This document shows, one piece after another, positions 1 through 9,284 of a stretch of 64,000 bases of DNA. The notes beneath the pieces are model-generated. The model saw nothing but the letters and a program-made list of their open reading frames with translations. It ran no database searches and was not told the DNA's origin. How positions within the stretch are numbered: the first letter of the stretch is position 1; every line of letters begins with the position of its first letter. Source of the DNA: Verrucomicrobiota bacterium (GTDB taxonomy: Bacteria; Verrucomicrobiota; Verrucomicrobiia; Opitutales; Seribacteraceae); contig JAQBYT010000008.1 in assembly GCA_027622665.1 (NCBI GenBank), positions 32,001-96,000 of the forward strand, in the 5' to 3' direction. The position numbers and the translations under genes were made by a program.

Positions 1-669
1 AAGCACCGAGGCATCATACGGGACGGGGTCATGCTTGTGGAAACCCTAGACGGCAAGGGCATCGGCGAGCTGAAACGCGTCGTCCGCAAGAGTCCCACGC
101 TGGGAGCCAAGCCACCCAAGGGCGCGGTCGTCCTCTTCGACGGAAAGACGCATGGGGCCGACCTGTGGAAGGGTGGACGGCAAACCGAGGATGGTCTTCT
201 CATGCAGGGCTGCACCAGTAAGCAAACCTTTGGCGACTTCAAAATTCACATCGAGTTTCGCACACCCTACAAGCCCAAGGCTCGCGGACAAGGTCGCGGG
301 AACAGCGGTTTCTATGCCCACGGACGCTACGAGGTGCAAGTGCTTGATTCCTTTGCCCTCGACGGCAATCACAACGAGTGCGGCGGCATCTACTCCACCA
401 AACCTCCCCTCCTCAATATGTGCTACCCGCCACTCACATGGCAGACCTACGACGTCGATTTTACGGCCGCCAAGTTCAAGGACGGCAAGAAGACGGCAAA
501 CGCATTCATGACCGTGCAACACAACGGTGTCCTGATCCATGACAAGACCGTCTGTGACCACGCCACTACCGCTTCCCCGATGAGAGAAGGCCCTGAACCC
601 GGCCCGGTATACTTTCAGGACCATGGTAACCCCGTCCGTTATCGTAACGTATGGGTGGAGAAGAAGTGA
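1..669 (+). CDS. DUF1080 (3-keto-disaccharide hydrolase-like) domain protein, 5'-truncated by window edge
   Basis: Frame is open from base 1. Motifs LFDG, HIEF, RGNSG, YEVQVLDS, WQTYDV and C-terminal FQDHGNPVRYRNVW are typical of DUF1080. Confidence 0.85.
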   Translation, partial: KHRGIIRDGVMLVETLDGKGIGELKRVVRKSPTLGAKPPKGAVVLFDGKTHGADLWKGGRQTEDGLLMQGCTSKQTFGDFKIHIEFRTPYKPKARGQGRGNSGFYAHGRYEVQVLDSFALDGNHNECGGIYSTKPPLLNMCYPPLTWQTYDVDFTAAKFKDGKKTANAFMTVQHNGVLIHDKTVCDHATTASPMREGPEPGPVYFQDHGNPVRYRNVWVEKK

Positions 670-1670
670 CTTTTCTTAAACGGACAAATCCCTGCCTTTG
701 CGCACTGGCTCTTCTTTTGGCCGCGGGCTGCGGAAAGAAGGAGCCGGAAGAAACTCCACCCACCCCCGACGAGAGTTCGGCTGCCAAAGCTCCCATTGAC
801 GAGACACCTCCTGCCGCAACCGGTAAGCTTCCGGTCCCGCCCGCCCCTCCTGATTTTACGCCACCTCCGCCTCCGACAGGCGTCCCGCTCGGCTTGGATG
901 GGCCTTCCAGTCCGAAAGTGGCGGAGTTGCAAGCTATTCTCCGAAAAGCCAATCCTGCGTACCAAGGACAAGGCAAGTTTCGCGAGGAAAACGGAGAAAT
1001 TGTCGCTGCCGAGCTTGCGAACTGCAACTTGAGCGACCTCTCGCCCTTGAAAGGCTTGAGCCTGTTCGGCATGGATATCAGTGGAAACCCCGTTCGAGAA
1101 ATACGTCACCTCAAGGGAATGCCCCTCCGAAACTTGTTCATGGAAAACACACTTGTGACCGACCTTTCACCACTGAAAGGGGCTCCCATCGTAGAACTTC
1201 GCTTGAACGGAACGCCTCTTCAGTCGCTAAAAGGCCTGGAAGGCATGCCCGTGGAAAATTTGTATATGCTTGGAACGAAAGTGACCGACATCTCAGCTTT
1301 GGCCGGCTCCAAGTTAAGGCAACTTTGGCTGAACGAGACACCCATCTCCGACTTGGAGCCTCTGGCAGGCGCTCCGATCGTCAGTCTAACGCTTCATCGC
1401 ACGCAGGTTTCCGATCTCTCCTTTATTCGAAACTTGCCCGTCATTCAGCGTCTGCACATTGCCGAGACCCCCGTAACCGACCTCACGCCACTCAAGGGGG
1501 TGCCCTTGACGAGACTGGTCTTTACTCCCGCCAAAATCGAAAAAGGTCTTGAAGTTGCACGTCAACTTTTTGGACTGCGCGAGATCGGCACCCGTTTCGA
1601 CGACCAAAGTCGCGACCTTATGCCGCCCGATCAGTTCTGGAGCCGTTTCGACAACGGCGAATTCCGCTAA
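666..1670 (+). CDS. Leucine-rich-repeat lipoprotein with Pro-rich linker
   Basis: GTG at 666 overlaps the upstream TGA (GTGA). Lipobox LAAGC, Pro-rich segment, about 8 internalin-like repeats (LxxLxLxxTxVxDLSPLKG). Confidence 0.85.
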   Translation: MTFLKRTNPCLCALALLLAAGCGKKEPEETPPTPDESSAAKAPIDETPPAATGKLPVPPAPPDFTPPPPPTGVPLGLDGPSSPKVAELQAILRKANPAYQGQGKFREENGEIVAAELANCNLSDLSPLKGLSLFGMDISGNPVREIRHLKGMPLRNLFMENTLVTDLSPLKGAPIVELRLNGTPLQSLKGLEGMPVENLYMLGTKVTDISALAGSKLRQLWLNETPISDLEPLAGAPIVSLTLHRTQVSDLSFIRNLPVIQRLHIAETPVTDLTPLKGVPLTRLVFTPAKIEKGLEVARQLFGLREIGTRFDDQSRDLMPPDQFWSRFDNGEFR

Positions 1671-1706
1671 GGCGGATTTCTTATTTCGGCGTGAATGGAG
1701 AAATGC

Positions 1707-2528
1707 TTAGAATTTCTCAACCCCGAACATCTTAACGAGCTTCCCTACGAACTCTTTGTGGTCTGTGAGCTTGCAGGCCTTTTTCCAGTCCGCCAGACAG
1801 GTCGAAAAACTTCTAGGGGTCTTTGTCTTGTGAGTATTCAGATAAGCGAGGGCACCCCAGTTTTCTGGCCGTTTCTCGAAAAAAGGTAGTAGTTTTGTGG
1901 CAATCGTCGTGTTTTTTGCTCGATCGGTGGGATTCTCCTTAAGCTTCACTTTGTTCCGCTCATACCACTCGGCAACAGTCAGGGAATCGGGCCAGGCGTG
2001 CGTGTCCAGACGTTCCTGCGCATAACTCTCCAAACTCGGGGAATAACCCCTCCAGTTAGGGTAGGGTGGTTCGTTATCCCATTCCTTCCGCATACTTCTC
2101 ATGGCAAACAGTGACGCGGTCTCGCACAAGCTTTCCTCGAACCATAGGTTGTCTCTGGCTCCCGCTTTGTATCCGCAAAGGATGTGACAGAACTCATGGG
2201 AAAACTGAAAGGCGTACTGGCACCAAAACGTCTTATGTGTATCCAGCCTTACGATATATTGCCCCTCGTTTCCCCTCCGAAACAAGACGATCGGCCCCGT
2301 GCGGGAGCGATCCACTATGATGGGCTTTAGTTGTTCCTGCGAAGCATGCGGCCAAAGTTGCCTTGCCGAGGAGTTCAGCACTTTTTCGATATCGCGAATG
2401 GAGGCTCCGCCCCAATCGGCGTTGGAAACTCGTATCTCGGGTAGTGGACCTTTTGCGGGTTCCTTCGCCCAATGATTCGCACCGACAAGGCAGAATGCTA
2501 TGGGAAGGAAGAGATTTCTTAGATTCAT
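1707..2528 (-). CDS. Secreted hypothetical protein, putative gluzincin-type metallopeptidase
   Basis: N-terminal signal-like peptide. HEFCH (HExxH) is followed ~13 aa later by WFEESLCE. ATGA overlap with upstream hydrolase. Confidence 0.6.
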   Translation of the reverse strand: MNLRNLFLPIAFCLVGANHWAKEPAKGPLPEIRVSNADWGGASIRDIEKVLNSSARQLWPHASQEQLKPIIVDRSRTGPIVLFRRGNEGQYIVRLDTHKTFWCQYAFQFSHEFCHILCGYKAGARDNLWFEESLCETASLFAMRSMRKEWDNEPPYPNWRGYSPSLESYAQERLDTHAWPDSLTVAEWYERNKVKLKENPTDRAKNTTIATKLLPFFEKRPENWGALAYLNTHKTKTPRSFSTCLADWKKACKLTDHKEFVGKLVKMFGVEKF

Positions 2529-3409
2529 GGAACCTTTATCGTGGGTTTACCCTCCAACCAGCCAAGGGAGATCAGAAACTTATCCATTTCCAGAACCGTT
2601 TTTTCGTAATAATTTCCCTGTTTCCCCTTGTTGAAGAAGCCGTGCGGTTGTCCGGCGTAGACGTGAAGGTCCGACCGACTCCCCGCTTTTTCCATCAGGG
2701 CCTTGTATTTCTCGGCCGTGGAAACTGGAATCAGCTTGTCTTGGTCACCTAGGAAGACGATGGCCGGTGGCGTACCCTTGCGGATGTTGTCGATGGGCGA
2801 AATCTCCTTGTAGCGATCCTTTACTCGATCATGGCCATAGCCCTTGGGCCCGTTGTCGTATACGGGATTGAAAAGAGCCAAGGCATTCGGCTTGGACGAT
2901 ACCGACAGGTCTTCGCCTTCCTCCTCCAGTCCCGGCACCGTGCCGGTGGCCGCGGCTACGTGCCCTCCGGCTGATCCTCCGCCCGCAGCCAAGCGTTCCG
3001 GGTCGATCCCCAGTTTCTTTGCGTTTTGGCGAATCCAGCGAACGGCCGACTTCCCGTCCTTCACGCACTCGAAGGGTGGGGTGCCTTGCCGAGATCTCAC
3101 CCGATAGTCGGCGCTCATCGCGACCATCCCGCGAGATGCGAGATATTCGCAATGCGGGCCGAACTGAGCGGGGGTGCCGCCACTCCAGCCGCCACCGAAG
3201 AAAAACACGATCGCAGGCCGCTTGTCCTTCTTCGGGTCATGCCCTTCGGGATAAAAGACGTTCAGGATCAACTTAGCCCCGCTCGCCTCCTTGTAGACGA
3301 GGTGCACCGCTCCCTCGATCGGGGAGGCGACCTTGCCCTCCTTGGCCAATGCTGACGTAATCCAGAGGAAGCTCGCTAAAAGAGTTAGGAGCATTAACTT
3401 TATTTTCAT
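2525..3409 (-). CDS. Secreted alpha/beta hydrolase (HSL-like acetyl esterase)
   Basis: FGGGW oxyanion motif, GGSAGG nucleophile elbow, GDQD and HGFF triad motifs. Signal peptide runs from the ATG at 3409. Confidence 0.85.
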   Translation of the reverse strand: MKIKLMLLTLLASFLWITSALAKEGKVASPIEGAVHLVYKEASGAKLILNVFYPEGHDPKKDKRPAIVFFFGGGWSGGTPAQFGPHCEYLASRGMVAMSADYRVRSRQGTPPFECVKDGKSAVRWIRQNAKKLGIDPERLAAGGGSAGGHVAAATGTVPGLEEEGEDLSVSSKPNALALFNPVYDNGPKGYGHDRVKDRYKEISPIDNIRKGTPPAIVFLGDQDKLIPVSTAEKYKALMEKAGSRSDLHVYAGQPHGFFNKGKQGNYYEKTVLEMDKFLISLGWLEGKPTIKVP

Positions 3410-3561
3410 GCATCCAAATTTGCAAGGCACTGGATTAAAGAGCGAGAGCAAATACCCTTTAATGCACCACAATCTTTCTTGGGTTATCCTTATCTCGAAA
3501 CTTGATTGAAGATTACTTCTTGCGCTATAAGAAAAATGTTCCAGCCCATTAAAACCATTAT

Positions 3562-4848
3562 ATGATGTATTTGACCTTCGCCAAAAGAATTTTAGTCACT
3601 GCCGTGGCCTTGTCGTTCATGCAAGTCGGGCTTCGGGCCGAGTCGCTTGAGATGTGGATCAGTTCCCATCAGGACCAGGTCTATTACGAAAAGATGGCGG
3701 AACTTTTCCGCAAGAAGACCAAGAAGGATCTGACCGTGTCGGTGAGTGCCTACGGTTTCCGGGAAATGCCGGACAAGCTGGGCGTGGCCTTTCGGACGGG
3801 AAAGGGCATGCCCGACCTCGTGCAACTGGACGAAACCTTCTTCGGGGTGTTTCTCGGTCCCAAGTCTCCCTTCGTCGACCTGACCAAACGGGTAAAGGAG
3901 TCGGGCTTGGACAAAGATCTCCATTCGAGGCGACTGGAAGTGTTCACCTACAAGGGTCAGGTATTGGGCGTTCCCCAATCATTGAGTGCCATGGTGCTCT
4001 ACTACCGGAAAGATTTGTTCAAGGAGCTCGGGGTGAACCCGGACGACTTGGCGACCTGGGAGGGAGTGGAGACAGTGGGGGAGCATCTTCAAAAGAAGCA
4101 CGGTCAGCGGCTCATGGCAATCGACGGTACTCTTTTCGACGTGTTGCTTCGGCAACGCGGGAGCGACCTTTTCGACGCCAAGGGCAAACTGCTTCCGGAC
4201 TTCGAGTTGGCGGTGGAATTGCTTGAGAAATTATCGGACCTCTCTGAGAGGCAGATCACCGTATTGCCCGACCGTGGCACGATTTTCGACCCCGTCTTTT
4301 TCAGTGGCGACTTGGAGACCGGCGAGGTGCTCTGCGTACCTGGGGCCGATTGGTACGGGCTCGACCTCTTCCAGCAGTTCGCCCCCGATATGAAGGGAAT
4401 GTGGGGCATGCTACCCCTTCCCGCGTGGAAGGACGAGAAGGGTGAACTGGGCCCCAGAACAGCCACTTTTGCTGGCCAAGGTCTCATGATTTGCAAGGGC
4501 AGCAAGAAACAGGACGCGGCGTGGGAGTTCATTGATTTCGTGATGAAAGATCCCGATGCCAACGCCGAACGTTTCCTGCAGGGAAACAGCTTTCCCGCCT
4601 ACAAGCCCGCCTGGAAGGACAAACGCCTCCTGAAGAAGCACGAGTACTTCGACCAGTCCATGGGCAAACTTCTTATCGAACTGGAAAAGGAAATTCCTCC
4701 CGTGAACGTAAACCCCAAGCGACCGCAGGCGATCTTCCTCATGCAGGAAAACTACTTCGGTGCCATCATGTTCCAAGCCCTCGAGGCCCGCAAGGCACTG
4801 GAAGAGTACAGGGACGCCATCGAGGCGAAGGACGGCAACCGCAGGTAA
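3562..4848 (+). CDS. Carbohydrate ABC transporter substrate-binding protein
   Basis: Signal peptide, PDLVQL and LYYRKDLF motifs, adjacent to two permeases. Confidence 0.85.
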   Translation: MMYLTFAKRILVTAVALSFMQVGLRAESLEMWISSHQDQVYYEKMAELFRKKTKKDLTVSVSAYGFREMPDKLGVAFRTGKGMPDLVQLDETFFGVFLGPKSPFVDLTKRVKESGLDKDLHSRRLEVFTYKGQVLGVPQSLSAMVLYYRKDLFKELGVNPDDLATWEGVETVGEHLQKKHGQRLMAIDGTLFDVLLRQRGSDLFDAKGKLLPDFELAVELLEKLSDLSERQITVLPDRGTIFDPVFFSGDLETGEVLCVPGADWYGLDLFQQFAPDMKGMWGMLPLPAWKDEKGELGPRTATFAGQGLMICKGSKKQDAAWEFIDFVMKDPDANAERFLQGNSFPAYKPAWKDKRLLKKHEYFDQSMGKLLIELEKEIPPVNVNPKRPQAIFLMQENYFGAIMFQALEARKALEEYRDAIEAKDGNRR

Positions 4849-4858
4849 ATAGTTTGTT

Positions 4859-5884
4859 TTGCCTAGTCTTTTGCAAACGCATCGTACAGGGCTGTTTTCT
4901 CTCATACTCTTTATCGGCCCGTTCTTCGGCCTATTGCTCTTATTTTGGGCAGTGCCGCTCGGACTGAGCGTCGATCTGGCTCTGCAACACCCCGATTACG
5001 TTCCTGGTTACCGCGAGGATGCCGCACCGCAAGGAGGGGAGGGCGGGGGCTCGGCAACCTCGGGTTCCGCGGATTGGTTGAATGTTTCCTGGGAACCTGA
5101 AGAAGAAGCAGCGAATGAACCGGTCGAGAAGTACGTCGGCTTCGGCAACTTCTCCTATGTTCTCGGCGACCCCAAGTTTCACAAGGCTCTGGGAAACACT
5201 GCCCTCTACGTCTTGGGCACGATTGGCATCGCGCTTCCCCTTGCCTTCTTTCTTGCCCATTTCCTGCGGCAGGTTCCGGGGCGGATGCGGCCTGTCCTTA
5301 GTTTTCTGCTTCTTCTTCCCGGGCTTTGCCTGTCGGGAGTGCTGGCTACGCTCTTTCAACTGTTTTTTCACGGGCGAGAGGGGGCCCTCAACCAGTGGTT
5401 CGTCGTGCCTATGGGGTTCGAGCCGATAAACTGGTTGCTTGACCCGTCCTTCGTGTTGCCTGCCCTCGTCCTTCAGGCGGTATGGAGGTGGACGGGGTTT
5501 ATTGTTCTTTTCTTCCTTTGCGGCATGGAGGCCATACCCAAGGCCTATTACGAGGCGGCTAGGGTGGAGGGAGCCGGTGCATGGCGGGTGCTAAGAACCA
5601 TAACCTTTCCCGCCGTCCGACATGTGACGGTATTCGCCGCCGTGTTCCTTGTCATCGACGGTTTCGCCTCCTTTTCGGGAGCCTACAACCTGCTCGGTGG
5701 TTCGGGCGGGATTCTGGACTCCGGCCTCCTGCTGGTCACCTACTTGTATCAGGTTGCCTTTCCGGGAGGTTCCGGACAGTTCGACTTTCCTGCTGCTGCC
5801 GCCATGAGCTTGCTGGTGGTGCCTCTTACCGCACTGGTTCTGTTTCTCGTCTTGTTCGGTAGAAATCGATTCTCACGTACATGA
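4859..5884 (+). CDS. Carbohydrate ABC transporter permease (MalF/UgpA-like)
   Basis: Multiple TM helices, VGFGNF, EAA loop YEAARVEGA. TTG start is uncertain. Confidence 0.88.
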   Translation: MPSLLQTHRTGLFSLILFIGPFFGLLLLFWAVPLGLSVDLALQHPDYVPGYREDAAPQGGEGGGSATSGSADWLNVSWEPEEEAANEPVEKYVGFGNFSYVLGDPKFHKALGNTALYVLGTIGIALPLAFFLAHFLRQVPGRMRPVLSFLLLLPGLCLSGVLATLFQLFFHGREGALNQWFVVPMGFEPINWLLDPSFVLPALVLQAVWRWTGFIVLFFLCGMEAIPKAYYEAARVEGAGAWRVLRTITFPAVRHVTVFAAVFLVIDGFASFSGAYNLLGGSGGILDSGLLLVTYLYQVAFPGGSGQFDFPAAAAMSLLVVPLTALVLFLVLFGRNRFSRT

Positions 5885-6705
5885 ATTCTAGTTCTGCAAG
5901 ATACTTTTCTCCCGCCGTGCTCGTCTCCTTGCTTGCGGGACTGGTCTTTTCCTATCCCTTTCTGTGGATGTTTCTTTCCGCGTTCAAGACCAACAAGGAA
6001 ATCTATCAACCCTTGCTCCTGTTTCCCGCCGACTACGAATGGGATGCCTTTGCTGCCCTGTTTTCGGGGAAGTACCTCGATTTCACCAGCTTCTTTCTCA
6101 ATTCCGTTTTCATTTCCTGTATGCAGGCCCTGTTTGCCACTGCCGTTACAGCCTGCGCCGGATTCGCGTTTGCCAAACTGAATTTCCGGTTCAAGGGAGC
6201 ATTCTTCCTGTTGGCGGTATTGGTCATTCTGGTACCGAAGCAAGCCTTGGCCATTCCGCTTTTCGAATGGTTGACTTGGCTGGAACTGAACGGAAGCCGA
6301 TGGGCGGTGATCCTGCCCGGGATAGCCAGCGGGCTCGGCATCGTGTTCTTCACCCAAATCTTTAGCCGGATTCCGAACGAATTGATCGATCTCGCAAGGG
6401 TGGAGGGGGCATCGCTGCCCCGAACCTTTCTCGCAATCCTCCCGCTGGTGGCTCCGGCCCTCGTTACCTATGGCTTGATCCACTTCATCCTGGCGTGGCA
6501 GGAACACTTGTTTCCCTTGCTCCTGCTTTCCGATGCCAACCAAACCTTGCCCTTGGGGCTCGCCAAGCTGCGCGACTCCAGTCACCGAATTCCCGAAGCC
6601 GTAGCCATGGCGGCCGCCACCTTTACGCTCGTTCCTGTGGTCGCCTTGTTCGCCGTCTTTTATGGGAAGATGCGAACGGCTCTGGCCGAACTGACCCTAC
6701 ACTGA
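5881..6705 (+). CDS. Carbohydrate ABC transporter permease (MalG/UgpE-like)
   Basis: PFLWMFLSAFK, IPNELIDLARVEGA loop, TLPLGL. ATGA overlap with the previous gene. Confidence 0.88.
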   Translation: MNSSSARYFSPAVLVSLLAGLVFSYPFLWMFLSAFKTNKEIYQPLLLFPADYEWDAFAALFSGKYLDFTSFFLNSVFISCMQALFATAVTACAGFAFAKLNFRFKGAFFLLAVLVILVPKQALAIPLFEWLTWLELNGSRWAVILPGIASGLGIVFFTQIFSRIPNELIDLARVEGASLPRTFLAILPLVAPALVTYGLIHFILAWQEHLFPLLLLSDANQTLPLGLAKLRDSSHRIPEAVAMAAATFTLVPVVALFAVFYGKMRTALAELTLH

Positions 6706-7791
6706 GAGGTTTTTCCCTGTCTCCGGGTCGAACAGGTGACACCGTTCGGAATCTACGGTCAAGCTAACCTTGGAACCGATTTCCACTTCCGGTCGTTCCG
6801 TCACCTTTGCCACCAACAGGCTGTTGGCTACGCGAACATGCAGCAAGCGAGCCTCGCCGACATCCTCCAGCATTTCGAGCATTCCTTCCAACAAACCATA
6901 TTGGGAATCTTTGACATTCCCAGTTGCTAGGCTGAAATCTTCGGGCCTTGCTCCGAGTATGGTTTTACCTGCGGGAATGTTCTTAAGCTCCTCACTTAGG
7001 GGGAGAGTGCAATCGCCCATGGCGAAGCACGCATCGCCGGCCTCTTCTGTTTTTTCGCCTTCCAGAAAATTCATTGATGGGGAACCTATAAATTCGCCGA
7101 CAAACCGATCGACCGGATGATCGTAGACTTCCTTTGGAGTACCGACTTGGCGGATCAAGCCCTCATTCATGACGCAGACGCGGTCGCCGAGGGTCATGGC
7201 TTCCACTTGATCGTGGGTGACGTAGATCGTGGTGGTGCCCAGTTCACGGTGCAGGAGCGCCAGTTCTCGTCGCATGGTAACCCGGAGACGCGCATCGAGG
7301 TTGCTTAATGGCTCGTCCATGAGAAAGACGGCGGGCCTTCGGGCAATGGCTCGTCCAAAGGCGACTCTTTGGCGTTGTCCACCCGAGAGAGCTCCCGGCT
7401 TTCGATCGAGTAATTCGTCCAATCCCAGTTTCTCGGCGACTTCCAATACCCGTGTCTTCACTTCCGATTCGGGAGTCTTTCTAGCTCGCAGACCGAACGC
7501 CATGTTGTCGAAGGCCTTCATGTGAGGATACAGGGCGTAGTTTTGGAATACCATGGCGACGTCTCGGTCTTTCGGTTCCATGTCGTTTGCCAACTTTCCG
7601 CCGATTCGAAGGGAACCTGAGGTGATTTCCTCCAATCCGGCGATCATTCGAAGAGTCGTCGTCTTTCCGCAACCCGAGGGTCCAACCAAAACCAAAAACT
7701 CGCCATCCGATGCGGTCAGGCTTACGTTGTCCACGGCCTTTACGTTCTTGGGGTAGATTTTACTAACGGAATCTAATTCGACTTCAGCCAT
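6697..7791 (-). CDS. Sugar ABC transporter ATP-binding protein (MalK/UgpC family)
   Basis: Walker A GPSGCGKT, VFQNYALYPHM, LSGGQRQR signature, MDEPLSNLD, YVTHDQ, C-terminal TOBE-like region. Confidence 0.93.
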   Translation of the reverse strand: MAEVELDSVSKIYPKNVKAVDNVSLTASDGEFLVLVGPSGCGKTTTLRMIAGLEEITSGSLRIGGKLANDMEPKDRDVAMVFQNYALYPHMKAFDNMAFGLRARKTPESEVKTRVLEVAEKLGLDELLDRKPGALSGGQRQRVAFGRAIARRPAVFLMDEPLSNLDARLRVTMRRELALLHRELGTTTIYVTHDQVEAMTLGDRVCVMNEGLIRQVGTPKEVYDHPVDRFVGEFIGSPSMNFLEGEKTEEAGDACFAMGDCTLPLSEELKNIPAGKTILGARPEDFSLATGNVKDSQYGLLEGMLEMLEDVGEARLLHVRVANSLLVAKVTERPEVEIGSKVSLTVDSERCHLFDPETGKNLSV

Positions 7792-7887
7792 TTCTCGGTA
7801 ATCTTTTACACGTTGAGCCAGGAGAGTGAAGAAGAAAGGGGATCATTCACGCTTGTCGGAAACGTACAGTGGACTAGATTGTGGGGC

Positions 7888-8610
7888 GTGAAGAAAATCT
7901 TCGACTGCAAACTTGGGCTTTGGCCCATCGTCTTTTGGGCGGCACTCACTGGATGCCAAACCGACTCTTGGGAAAGCCCTCCATCGGATAGCTCGCGGCG
8001 ACCGGAGGCAATCGTGGCCGAGTGCACCCTGTGCCACAGCACGCAGGAGGCGCAGCGGGGTCCCATTCTGCACGGCATGGACAACTGGTACTTGCTGGAC
8101 CAAATACAGAAATTTCATTCGGGTGTGCGCGGACGAGATTCGGACAACCGTTCGGAATACCTGATGGGCTCGGCAGTGAAGAAAATTCGCAGCGACTATG
8201 AAATGGCCTTGGCCGCGAATTGGTTTTCTCAACAGGCTCCTCTTCCGGCCATTCGCACCGTTTCCGGAGACTTGGAAGCGGGAGCGGTGCTATACGCTTC
8301 CCGGTGCGCATCCTGTCACGGCGAAAAGGCCGAAGGGAAGCGGGAAACCCTCTCACCTTCGCTCACCCGCTTGGAGGGATGGTACTTTTTCGATCAAATG
8401 AAGAAGTTTCGTTCCGGCGATCGTGGCAGCAACCTCGCCGACTTGGGCGGAAAAGCGATGTCCGCCGCCGTCAACGGCATGAGCAACCGACAATTCAAGG
8501 ACGTGGTCGCCTACGTCGTCGAAACCTTCGGCCCGCCCGAGGCTCTCTCGCTCAGGGAAAAAATGCTGCAACGGGTCTCCGAAGGCAAGGATGCCAACGC
8601 CACTCACTAG
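7888..8610 (+). CDS. Di-heme c-type cytochrome (c4/c553-like), probable lipoprotein
   Basis: Two CxxCH motifs (CTLCH, CASCH), each followed by a YxxDQxxxFxxGxR segment and a distal Met. Lipobox-like ALTGC. GTG start at 7888 preferred over 7813. Confidence 0.85.
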   Translation: MKKIFDCKLGLWPIVFWAALTGCQTDSWESPPSDSSRRPEAIVAECTLCHSTQEAQRGPILHGMDNWYLLDQIQKFHSGVRGRDSDNRSEYLMGSAVKKIRSDYEMALAANWFSQQAPLPAIRTVSGDLEAGAVLYASRCASCHGEKAEGKRETLSPSLTRLEGWYFFDQMKKFRSGDRGSNLADLGGKAMSAAVNGMSNRQFKDVVAYVVETFGPPEALSLREKMLQRVSEGKDANATH

Positions 8611-9275
8611 GCAACGCTCGCACGAATGGCTTCCAGTCGCTCGGGCGTGCCTACGTCGTCCCAATTGCCCTTATGGAGGGCTCCACACACGCGATTGCCT
8701 GCTATCGCGGCCCTGAGGCGAGGCACGATCGAGAATTTTTCGACCTTGGCCCCGGCCAGAATTCTGGGGTGGTACAGTGCAATGCCGGCGTAGAGAAGCT
8801 GGGGGGCGTCGTCCTCGACAACTCGACCTTTGTCGGTAAGGGCGAAATCTCCTCGCTCCCGCCATGCAGGTTTCGGTACGAGATACAGCATGGCATCGTC
8901 TTCGGGAGGAAGTTGCTTCGGAATCTCGGTAAAGTCCATGTCGCACCAGACGTCGCCATTGACTACGAGGAAGGGGGCTGCTCCCAAAAGAGGCAGGGCC
9001 TTGGCTAAGCCGCCTCCCGTTTCAAGTGGATCGGGCCCTTCGTCGGAATAGACGATTTTCATGCCCCATTCGGTGCCATCCCCCAAGGTGTCGGGGATTT
9101 TTGACCCTAGGTGCCCGAGGTTGATGACTGCTTCCGTAAAGCCCGCAGAGCTCAACTTTTCCAGATGGTGGACAATCATCGGCTTGCCCCCAATCTCGAC
9201 AAGCGGCTTGGGTGTGTGATCTGTCAGTGGTCGTAGGCGTTTGCCGTAACCTGCGGCGAGAATCATTACTTTCAT
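8607..9275 (-). CDS. murU: N-acetylmuramate alpha-1-phosphate uridylyltransferase
   Basis: MILAAGxGxRLRPLTDHTPKPL, LETGGG, NGDV, WDDVGTPERL; directly downstream of the amgK-like kinase. Confidence 0.85.
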   Translation of the reverse strand: MKVMILAAGYGKRLRPLTDHTPKPLVEIGGKPMIVHHLEKLSSAGFTEAVINLGHLGSKIPDTLGDGTEWGMKIVYSDEGPDPLETGGGLAKALPLLGAAPFLVVNGDVWCDMDFTEIPKQLPPEDDAMLYLVPKPAWRERGDFALTDKGRVVEDDAPQLLYAGIALYHPRILAGAKVEKFSIVPRLRAAIAGNRVCGALHKGNWDDVGTPERLEAIRASVA

Positions 9276-9284
9276 GGATCAGAA

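Noticed and set aside
1020..1530. Periodic similarity as a CRISPR or DNA repeat array
   Set aside because: It is explained by protein-level leucine-rich repeats, and there are no identical nucleotide repeats with spacers.
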